24,000 bases of DNA from an uncultured Atopobium sp. (GTDB lineage: Bacteria > Actinomycetota > Coriobacteriia > Coriobacteriales > Atopobiaceae): assembly GCA_963525825.1 (NCBI GenBank), contig CAURLG010000005.1, positions 1-24,000 on the forward strand. The letters run 5' to 3'. Both the position numbers and the translations under genes were made by a program. The notes beneath the pieces are model-generated. The model ran no database searches and was not told where the DNA came from. It was given only the letters and a program-made list of their open reading frames with translations. The stretch's first letter is position 1; each line of letters opens with the position of its first letter. Below, in pieces: positions 16,390 to 23,857 of this stretch.

Positions 16390-16483
16390 GCAACGGACGC
16401 GCCTGACGGCGCCGCGAACAGCAACGAACGCGCCTGACGGCGCCGCGAACGGCAACGAACGCGAACAGCAACGAACGCGAACA
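16390..16483. repeat. GC-rich tandem repeat: 2 x 31 bp plus 2 x 16 bp units
   Basis: The unit is GCAACGrACGCG[CCTGACGGCGCCGCG]AACr, at 16390-16420 and 16421-16451. Copies lacking the bracketed 15 nt sit at 16452-16467 and 16468-16483. The long units contain the mini-hairpin GCGCC-tgac-GGCGC. Confidence 0.75.
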
Positions 16484-16501
16484 GCGAAAAGAGGTTCAAC
16501 T

Positions 16502-17827
16502 ATGCGCATGTACGACGTGATTGAAAAGAAGCGCGATGGCGGCGAGCTTACCGACGCCGAGATTGACTACTTTGTCTCGGGCTATGTAGCTGGGGATATT
16601 CCCGATTATCAGGCTTCCGCGCTTGCGATGGCCATCTTCTACAAGGGTATGACCGCGCACGAGACAGCTCACCTGACCATGGCAATGGCAGAGTCTGGCG
16701 ACATGATGGACCTCTCGGCAATCCCTGGTATCAAGGTTGATAAACACTCTACCGGCGGTGTTGGCGATAAAACCACGCTGGTTGTTGGCCCACTTGTTGC
16801 ATCTCTTGGCGTAAAGGTTGCCAAGATGAGTGGCCGCGGCTTGGGCCATACGGGCGGTACGCTGGATAAACTTGAGGCAATTCCGGGACTTTCCATTGAG
16901 ATTTCCGAGCCAGATTTCTTCAAGCAGGTCTCCGAGATTGGCGTTGCCGTCGCAGGTCAGACGGGCAATCTTGTTCCAGCTGACAAGAAGCTTTATGCGC
17001 TTCGCGACGTTACCGCAACGGTTGATTCGGTGCCTCTGATTGCATCGAGCATCATGAGCAAGAAGATCGCTTCCGGTTCCGACTGCATTTTGCTGGACGT
17101 CAAGTGCGGTTCCGGCGCCTTCATGAAGAACGTCGACTCCGCAATTGAGCTGGCAGATGCTATGGTTTCCATTGGCGAGCACGTCGGCCGTACCACCGCA
17201 GCTCTGATTACTGGCATGGATCGCCCTCTTGGCAAAAACGTGGGCAATTCCCTCGAGGTCATTGAGGCAGTGGCTACGCTTAAGGGTGAGGGTCCTGAAG
17301 ATTTGACCGACGTTTGCGTTGAGCTTGCTGCAAACATGCTTAACCTCGCAGGTAAGGGAAGCGTTGAGGACTGCCGTAAGCTGGCTCGCCAGCAGATTGC
17401 AAACGGCGAGGGCTTGGCTAAGCTGGCACAGATGGTCAAGGCTCAGGGCGGCACCGACGAGGTCATCTTTGACACCACCAAGTTTGAAGCTGCGCCATTC
17501 CGCCGCGACATTGTGGCCGAGACCAGCGGATATATCACTTCTATGAACGCCGAGCTGGTGGGCATTTCCTCTGTTGCTTTGGGCGCCGGTCGCGAGAAGA
17601 AGGGCGATCCGATTGACCCAGCAGCAGGTATTATCCTTGAGCGCAAGACCGGCGATTATGTCGAGAAGGGCGATGTTATTGCAACGCTTCTGACCGGCGA
17701 CGAAAGCCGTCTTGACGAGGGCGAGCGCATCTTCCGCGAGGCTCTGGTCTTTGGCGAGAGTGCCCCTGAGCTGGAGCCGCTGTTCTTTGCACGTGTCTCC
17801 AAGGACGGCGTCGAGCGCTTCGCATAA
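16502..17827 (+). CDS. pdp: Pyrimidine-nucleoside (thymidine) phosphorylase
   Basis: AGAGG 8 nt upstream. Motifs MRMYDVIEKKRDG, IPDYQASALAMAI, KHSTGGVGDKTTL and SGRGLGHTGGTLDKLE are present. Pdp and DeoA specificity cannot be distinguished by eye. Confidence 0.94.
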   Translation: MRMYDVIEKKRDGGELTDAEIDYFVSGYVAGDIPDYQASALAMAIFYKGMTAHETAHLTMAMAESGDMMDLSAIPGIKVDKHSTGGVGDKTTLVVGPLVASLGVKVAKMSGRGLGHTGGTLDKLEAIPGLSIEISEPDFFKQVSEIGVAVAGQTGNLVPADKKLYALRDVTATVDSVPLIASSIMSKKIASGSDCILLDVKCGSGAFMKNVDSAIELADAMVSIGEHVGRTTAALITGMDRPLGKNVGNSLEVIEAVATLKGEGPEDLTDVCVELAANMLNLAGKGSVEDCRKLARQQIANGEGLAKLAQMVKAQGGTDEVIFDTTKFEAAPFRRDIVAETSGYITSMNAELVGISSVALGAGREKKGDPIDPAAGIILERKTGDYVEKGDVIATLLTGDESRLDEGERIFREALVFGESAPELEPLFFARVSKDGVERFA

Positions 17828-17857
17828 GCGCAGCTTGCGAGTACGTCGCGCGCTGGA

Positions 17858-17918
17858 AGCTCCACATAACATGCAGGTGAAGAGCGCGCGAGCTCCGAGC
17901 TCCACATAACATGCAGGT
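17858..17918. repeat. Two perfect 21-bp direct repeats AGCTCCACATAACATGCAGGT (40-bp period)
   Basis: Copies at 17858-17878 and 17898-17918. A degenerate third copy, CATAACAGCATGC, lies near 18045-18057. Confidence 0.7.
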
Positions 17919-18070
17919 TAAACCGGTGTTCACGCAGGTGGGCACCAGTTTTTTGTGTGGTAACAGCGTCGTGCGCAGGCAAACTTGCAGGTCAAGCGCG
18001 CGAAGCGCTGGCGGGGAGTACACGGGGTTTCTCGCCAGGTGCGCCATAACAGCATGCGCGCCTGAAAAGT

Positions 18071-18180
18071 GCAAAGAATCTGTATTTGAGACACCGATTC
18101 TTTGACGAAATCAGGCAAATCCACAGATTCTTTGAAGTATTTAGGCAAAAGTTACAGATTCTTTGCAGAAATCAGGCGCG
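18071..18180. repeat. Three ~31-bp tandem repeats (ACAGATTCTTTGnnGAAATCAGGC) preceded by an inverted half-copy
   Basis: GATTCTTTG occurs at 18096, 18126 and 18157. The inverted CAAAGAATCTGT at 18072-18083 forms a 12-bp-arm dyad (11 of 12 matching) with ACCGATTCTTTG at 18093-18104. Confidence 0.7.
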
Positions 18181-18247
18181 CTAGCAGACCAAGATAGAAA
18201 ACCTAGCCGGCAGAGCATACTTGGCGAGAAAATCGTCCCTCTCGAGG

Positions 18248-18295
18248 TTGCAGTTATTGCACAGAGTGTGTAATAATACTCAGTATGTGCAATAA
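18248..18295 (+). promoter_or_regulatory. Candidate promoter with overlapping palindromic (TetR-type) operator
   Basis: TTGCAG (18248-18253), an 18-nt spacer, then TGt-AATAAT (extended -10; hexamer 18272-18277). The palindrome TTATTGCACA-gag-TGTGTAATAA (18254-18276, 9 of 10 matching) overlaps this. A third, perfect half-site TGTGCAATAA lies at 18286-18295. Confidence 0.4.
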
Positions 18296-18402
18296 GTCGG
18301 ATGCTACGGTGTTGTTGTGCTGTCGCGCCACCCGCGCCAACCGCGCCGCACGCACCTGTGCACCCAGTACGTACCTGCAACCAGGAGAGGCTTCAGAAAC
18401 GT

Positions 18403-19110
18403 ATGACGCAAACATTGTCTGCACCTGCTGTTTTGTCAGCTTGCAAGCTTGATCGACGCACCGCCAGAACTCGCGCGGCGCTTAGAAAAGCCCTGGCAGA
18501 AGAGATAGACGCAACCGGCGACCTTACCTCCGTGACCGTCACGGGCGTAACGGAGCGCGCTGGCCTCACGCGTCGAACCTTTTATTCCCACTACAAAGAC
18601 ATCCCTGACCTGGTGCTTCACATCGAAAAGGAAGCGCTGGCGGAGCTGCGACCTGCTGTTGAACAGCTTGCTCGCGTCAACCTTGTTGAGCTCAGAGAGG
18701 CCATTGACTCCTACAAGCCGTGCCCCGGCGCAACGGAGATGCTTCGCAGCATTCGTAAACACGGTTTCTACCTGCGTCCTTTGCTGGGCAACGGTGGAGA
18801 TCCTGCGTTCCAGGATAAGCTAAAGCACCTGGTACACGAGGTTATCGCCCAGCGCGCCCTGCACGACCTTGATCCGCGCGCACTTGGTCCCTTCTTTGAC
18901 TACTATCTGACCTTCGCAATTTCTGCCGAGGTCGGCGTCCTTATCCGCTGGTTAATCGGCGGCATGCGCGAGAGCGACGAGCAGATGGCAGGCCTTATGA
19001 CCGGCCTCATGTTTGTTGCACCTGGCGATCTGTACGGCAAGCCAATCAAGCTAGACGTTCCACGATTTGCGCTTGCAACTCTTGTTCTCGGAGAGGAAAA
19101 TAATGATTAG
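18403..19110 (+). CDS. TetR/AcrR-family transcriptional regulator
   Basis: I prefer ATG18403, because the upstream 34 codons from 18301 are Cys/Pro/Ala-rich and look non-coding. The HTH is VTVTGVTERAGLTRRTFYSHYKDIPDLV. The stop overlaps the start of the downstream giant gene by 8 nt. Confidence 0.85.
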   Translation: MTQTLSAPAVLSACKLDRRTARTRAALRKALAEEIDATGDLTSVTVTGVTERAGLTRRTFYSHYKDIPDLVLHIEKEALAELRPAVEQLARVNLVELREAIDSYKPCPGATEMLRSIRKHGFYLRPLLGNGGDPAFQDKLKHLVHEVIAQRALHDLDPRALGPFFDYYLTFAISAEVGVLIRWLIGGMRESDEQMAGLMTGLMFVAPGDLYGKPIKLDVPRFALATLVLGEENND

Positions 19111-22100
19111 TCCAAAGTTTGAGCTGGTAGAGAATGGTGCCGAGCTTGCACCAAACGTCCCACTTGACCTGTCTCAGGCCCATCTTATGCTGGGCATCGA
19201 CGTTGGTTCCACAACCGTAAAGCTGTCCGTCATCGACGAGGACGGCACGCTGGTTTACGCAAACTACGAGCGTCACCACACCGACGTTCGTGCAACCGCG
19301 CGCTCCTTGTTTGTCAAAGCTCAGAAGCATATTGGCGAGACACCCATGTACGCCGCAATCACCGGTTCCGGCGGAATGCTCTTGGCACAATGGCTTGACC
19401 TGGAGTTTGTCCAGGAGGTTATCGCTTCCAAGCGCGCTGTTGAGACGCTGATCCCTCAGACCGACGTTGCCATTGAGCTGGGCGGCGAGGACGCAAAGAT
19501 CATCTACTTTGACAACGGCATTGAGCAGCGTATGAATGGTACCTGCGCAGGTGGTACCGGTGCGTTTATCGACCAGATGGCGTCTCTCCTCAAAACCGAC
19601 GCAACTGGCCTCAATGAGCTGGCAAAAGACGTCAAGCAGATCTACCCAATTGCTTCTCGTTGCGGCGTTTTTGCTAAGTCTGACGTTCAGCCGCTGCTCA
19701 ACGAGGGTGCCGCTCCTGCTGACATTGCAGCTTCCATCTTCCAGGCCGTTGCAAACCAAACTGTTTCTGGCCTGGCCTGCGGTCACCCTATCCGCGGCTA
19801 CGTCGCGTTTCTCGGCGGCCCGCTGCAGTACCTCTCTGAGCTGCGCCGTCGCTTCTACATCACGCTTAACTTGGACGACGAGCACATCGTCTTGCCAAAG
19901 AACGCCCACCTCTTTGTTGCAACGGGCGCTGCTTTGGCGGGCGAGTCCGACCGACCAATCACCTTTACGCAGGTCATGGAGGCACTGGATAACCTTAAGG
20001 ACATCCAGGGCTCCGAGGTTGCTCGTCTAGACCCACTCTTTGCTACTCAGCAGGACTTTGACGACTTCAAGGCCCGCCACGATCAAGAGGTAGTCCCCAA
20101 GGGCCAGCTGGCCAACTACCACGGCCGCGTGTTCATCGGCATCGACGCAGGTTCTACCACTATGAAGGCTGCAGTTGTTGGCGAGAAGGGCGAGCTGCTT
20201 TACACCTGGTACGACAATAACAACGGCGATATCCTGGGCACTGCTCGCAAGATCATGGACTCCATCTACGATGAGATGCCTTCCGACTGCATTATTGGCC
20301 ACGTCACAACCACTGGTTATGGCGAGGGTATCCTGATTGAGGCTCTGCGTGCAGACTCGGGCGAGATTGAGACCGTTGCTCACCTGCGTGGCGCTAAGGC
20401 ATTTGTCCCAGACGTTGATTTCATTCTTGATATCGGCGGCCAGGACATGAAGTGTCTGCAGGTCAAAGACGGCGTTATTGAGCACATCATGCTGAACGAG
20501 GCTTGCTCTGCAGGCTGCGGCTCCTTTATTGCATCTTTTGCCGACTCCATGAAGATGGACGTCCGCGAGTTTGCAACCGCTGCAACCAAGGCAACACTCC
20601 CTGTTGACCTGGGATCCCGCTGTACCGTCTTCATGAACTCCCGCGTTAAGCAGGCGCAAAAGGAAGGCGCAACCATCGGCGACGTTGCTGCCGGTCTTTC
20701 ATACTCCGTTATCAAGAACGCCCTGTTCAAGGTCATTAAGCTCCGCGACTTCAGCGAGATTGGTGAGCACTGCATTGTTCAGGGTGGTACCTTCATGTCC
20801 GACGCAACGCTCCGCGCCTTTGAGCTGCTCACCGGCAGAGACGTCATCCGTCCTGATATTGCAGGTGTCATGGGTGCCTACGGCGCTGCTCTTCTCGCCC
20901 GCGACCGCGCAGGTATTGACGGCGTGTCCACCCTACTTGACCGCGAGTCCATCGACAACCTGCAGGTCAAACTTACCAACACACACTGCCGCATCTGCCC
21001 TAACAGCTGCATGCTTACCATCAACGACTTTGGCAGCGGACACAGGTTTATCACCGGTAACCGTTGCGAAAAAGGCGCAGGTAAGAAGCGCGGTGCCAAG
21101 AAGAACGAGGCACCAAACGTCTTTGCGTTCAAGAATAAGCTGCTGTTTGATCGCGAGTCGCTTCCTGCAGACGAGGCACCTCGCGGCACCGTGGGCATTC
21201 CTCGTGCGCTGAACATGTACGAGAACTATCCGTTCTGGCACACGTTTTTCACTAAGCTGGGCTTCTCGGTCATTTTGTCCGACCAGACCACCGCAAAGAC
21301 GTACGACATGGGCATTGAGTCCATGCCATCTGAGTCCGCGTGCTATCCCGCAAAGCTTTCCCACGGCCACATCATGAACCTGCTGGCCAAGGACCCAGAC
21401 TTTATTTGGATGCCTTGTATTCGTTGGGAGCGCAAGGAGGACGACTCCGCAACCAACCACTACAACTGCCCAATTGTCATGAGCTACCCTCAGGCGCTGG
21501 GCCTCAATGTGGACGAGCTTTCCGATCCGTCCATCCAGTACATGGCTCCGTTCATTCCGTACGACAAGAAAAACGAGCTCAAGCGCCGTTTGTACGAGCT
21601 CGTCAGCGAACAGCGCGAGAAGGACGCCCAGGTAGGCAAGGGTCGCTTCCGCGGCGAGCACATCACGCGCGCCGAAATTGATGCCGCTGTTGAGGCTGCT
21701 TGGCAGGAAGACATCAACGTCAAGAACCAGATGCACCGTGCAGGTGACGAGGCTCTTGCGTGGATTGAGGAGCACGACGCTCACGGTATTGTTCTTGCAG
21801 GTCGCCCATACCACAACGACCCAGAGATTAACCACGCCATCCCTGAGCTGGTTTCTTCCTTTGGCTTTGCCGTGCTCACCGAGGATTCCATTGCTCATAA
21901 GATGATGCCTGAGCGCCCCATCCGCATTGTTGACCAGTGGATGTACCACTCGCGTCTGTACCGTGCGGCTCGCTTTGTTGCGTCCCGAAACGACCTGGAC
22001 CTCATCCAGCTCTTCTCGTTTGGTTGCGGTCTTGACGCGCTGACCACCGACCAGGTCCAGGAGATTCTTGAGGCTTCGGGCAAGATCTACACCATGCTCA

Positions 22101-23857
22101 AGGTTGACCAGGTCTCCAACTTGGGTGCTGCGCGTATTCGTATCCGCTCCCTGATGGCTGCTTTAAACGAGCAGCAGGCAGAGCTCGAGCGACTTTCAGC
22201 TGCCGGCCTGGTTACCGAGGCCGTTCCACAGGGCGTTCGCATGGCCGATGGCTCTCTGGAAAAGGCCAGAAGCGCTAGTTCTTCTCGCCGTGCGCCCGTG
22301 TACCGCGAGGCAGAATCCGCAGCTTACGAGAAGGTCCGCTACACCAAAGAGATGCAGGAAGCGGGCTACACCATACTGGCTCCACAGATGGCGCCGATCC
22401 ACTTTGAGCTGGTAGAGGAGCTGCTGAAGGGTGCGGGCTACAATGTTGTGCTGCTGCCTTCGGTTGACCAGGGTGCCGTTGACATGGGCCTTCGCTACGT
22501 CAATAACGACATCTGCTACCCATCTATCCTGGTCACGGGCCAGATTATGGAGGCAGTGCTTTCGGGCAAGTATGATCTGACCAAGACCGCGGTTCTGATT
22601 TCGCAGACCGGCGGTGGCTGCCGTGCAACCAACTACATTGCACTGATTCGTAAGGCGCTTAAAGACGCAGGTCACCCAGAGATTCCGGTCATTTCCGTCT
22701 CCGCCGCTTCCGGTCTTGACGAGGACAACCCAGGATTCAAGCTGTTCAAGCCTGACTTGCTCATCAAGGCAGTTTACGCGCTCCTGTACGGCGACCTGAT
22801 CATGCAGCTGCTGTATCGCGTTCGTCCCTACGAGGCCGTCAAGGGTTCCGCAAATGAGCTGTATGACCAGCTCATGGCTGATACACGCTCCAAGATCAAC
22901 GGAATTTCTCGCAAGGAATTCTACAAGCAGTGCCAGCGTACCATCGAACTGTTTGACAGCCTGCCCGTGGTCAATGACCGCCAGAAGCCACGCGTCGGAG
23001 TTGTTGGCGAGATTCTGGTTAAGTTCCACCCAACGGCCAACAATGAGCTGGTCAAGGTCATCGAGTCCGAGGGCTGCGAGGCTAACGTTCCGGGTCTGGT
23101 CGACTTCTTCCTGTTTGGCCTCTCCAACGCGATCAACACGCACAAGGAGCTGGGTACCTCGTTTAAGAGCCGCATGACGCACATCGCGGGCATCAAGATG
23201 GTCCAGGGCCTGCGCGCGCCAATCAATAAGATGCTGGAGAAGTCCGAGCGCTTTGAGCCATATCCCAACATCGATGAGCTGGCCGAGAAGGCTGGTCAGA
23301 TTCTCTCGCTCTGCAACACGATGGGCGAGGGTTGGCTGCTCACCGCTGAGATGTGCGACCTCATTGAGACGGGCACGCCAAACATCGTCTGCGCTCAGCC
23401 ATTTGCATGCCTACCTAACCACGTCGTTGGTAAGGCGGTCATCAAGCGCCTGCGCCAGATGCACCCCGAGTCTAACATTGTTGCTGTCGACTACGACCCA
23501 GGCGCGTCCGAGGTCAACCAGCTCAACCGTATCAAGCTGATGATTTCGGTGGCTAAGGAGAACTACAAGAACGGCGTAAATGGCGAGTTCAAGCTAGAAA
23601 ACGCCGACGATCCAGTCACTAACGACGCAACTATGCCGTATACCGGCCGCGACAAGTTTGGCCTGGATTCCGTTGTCCGCGAGGGCGGCCACTCTTGCTC
23701 TTCGCACCACATGTCTGCGCTGGAAGCAACCGGCGCTAACCTGGGCGATCACGGTCGCACCGCTCCTGACCACGGAAAAGATTACGGTTCCATTAGGCTT
23801 TCCGAGGAGCAGATGGCTGCTATCGAGCGCGCCAAGAAAAAGGCTGGCGTCAAGTAG
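19103..23857 (+). CDS. Fused ATP-dependent Fe-S radical/reductase system: 2 x BcrAD/BadFG (HgdC-like) activator ATPase domains, a 4-Cys linker, and 2 x HgdA/HgdB-like (DUF2229/HGD-D) modules
   Basis: ATG19103 has GGAGAGG 6 nt upstream. ATPase domain 1 (~19187-19942) has GIDVGSTTVK, NGTCAGGTG and SRCGVFAKSD. ATPase domain 2 (~20129-20902) has GIDAGSTTMK, NEACSAGCGSF and SRCTVFMNS. The 4-Cys motif spans 20987-21067. Module A (~21179-22171) has GIPRALNMYENYPFWHTFFTKLGF, SACYPAK and FGCGLDA. Module B (~22319-23566) has DICYPSILVTG, GGGCRATNY and PFACLPNHV. Confidence 0.9.
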   Translation: MISPKFELVENGAELAPNVPLDLSQAHLMLGIDVGSTTVKLSVIDEDGTLVYANYERHHTDVRATARSLFVKAQKHIGETPMYAAITGSGGMLLAQWLDLEFVQEVIASKRAVETLIPQTDVAIELGGEDAKIIYFDNGIEQRMNGTCAGGTGAFIDQMASLLKTDATGLNELAKDVKQIYPIASRCGVFAKSDVQPLLNEGAAPADIAASIFQAVANQTVSGLACGHPIRGYVAFLGGPLQYLSELRRRFYITLNLDDEHIVLPKNAHLFVATGAALAGESDRPITFTQVMEALDNLKDIQGSEVARLDPLFATQQDFDDFKARHDQEVVPKGQLANYHGRVFIGIDAGSTTMKAAVVGEKGELLYTWYDNNNGDILGTARKIMDSIYDEMPSDCIIGHVTTTGYGEGILIEALRADSGEIETVAHLRGAKAFVPDVDFILDIGGQDMKCLQVKDGVIEHIMLNEACSAGCGSFIASFADSMKMDVREFATAATKATLPVDLGSRCTVFMNSRVKQAQKEGATIGDVAAGLSYSVIKNALFKVIKLRDFSEIGEHCIVQGGTFMSDATLRAFELLTGRDVIRPDIAGVMGAYGAALLARDRAGIDGVSTLLDRESIDNLQVKLTNTHCRICPNSCMLTINDFGSGHRFITGNRCEKGAGKKRGAKKNEAPNVFAFKNKLLFDRESLPADEAPRGTVGIPRALNMYENYPFWHTFFTKLGFSVILSDQTTAKTYDMGIESMPSESACYPAKLSHGHIMNLLAKDPDFIWMPCIRWERKEDDSATNHYNCPIVMSYPQALGLNVDELSDPSIQYMAPFIPYDKKNELKRRLYELVSEQREKDAQVGKGRFRGEHITRAEIDAAVEAAWQEDINVKNQMHRAGDEALAWIEEHDAHGIVLAGRPYHNDPEINHAIPELVSSFGFAVLTEDSIAHKMMPERPIRIVDQWMYHSRLYRAARFVASRNDLDLIQLFSFGCGLDALTTDQVQEILEASGKIYTMLKVDQVSNLGAARIRIRSLMAALNEQQAELERLSAAGLVTEAVPQGVRMADGSLEKARSASSSRRAPVYREAESAAYEKVRYTKEMQEAGYTILAPQMAPIHFELVEELLKGAGYNVVLLPSVDQGAVDMGLRYVNNDICYPSILVTGQIMEAVLSGKYDLTKTAVLISQTGGGCRATNYIALIRKALKDAGHPEIPVISVSAASGLDEDNPGFKLFKPDLLIKAVYALLYGDLIMQLLYRVRPYEAVKGSANELYDQLMADTRSKINGISRKEFYKQCQRTIELFDSLPVVNDRQKPRVGVVGEILVKFHPTANNELVKVIESEGCEANVPGLVDFFLFGLSNAINTHKELGTSFKSRMTHIAGIKMVQGLRAPINKMLEKSERFEPYPNIDELAEKAGQILSLCNTMGEGWLLTAEMCDLIETGTPNIVCAQPFACLPNHVVGKAVIKRLRQMHPESNIVAVDYDPGASEVNQLNRIKLMISVAKENYKNGVNGEFKLENADDPVTNDATMPYTGRDKFGLDSVVREGGHSCSSHHMSALEATGANLGDHGRTAPDHGKDYGSIRLSEEQMAAIERAKKKAGVK

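Noticed and set aside
16390-16483. Possible CRISPR array (also considered for the 31-bp repeats at 18091-18180)
   Set aside because: The repeats are directly tandem with no unique spacers. There are only 3-4 units, no cas genes are in the window, and the unit lengths do not fit CRISPR repeat/spacer structure.
16496-17905. 469-aa - strand ORF, together with similar long antisense ORFs at 10967-11986, 6449-7309, 12186-13079, 14108-14911, 9248-9943, 19046-19909, 20027-20659, 20933-21949, 22196-23182 and 15805-16509
   Set aside because: Each is fully overlapped by a + or - strand gene with strong family motifs. Their translations are low-complexity, with no domain signatures or ribosome-binding sites.
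17828-18105. Small ORFs starting at the ATG within the repeated CATAACATGCAGGT motif (e.g. 17911-18105)
   Set aside because: The ATG is part of a DNA repeat with no SD. The products are Arg/Cys/Ser-rich and differ between repeat copies.
18301-18402. ORF-track N-terminal extension of the TetR gene (MLRCCCAVAPPAPTAPHAPV...)
   Set aside because: The composition is Cys/Pro/Ala-rich and implausible, and ATG18301 has no SD. The TetR HTH sits at a normal distance from ATG18403.
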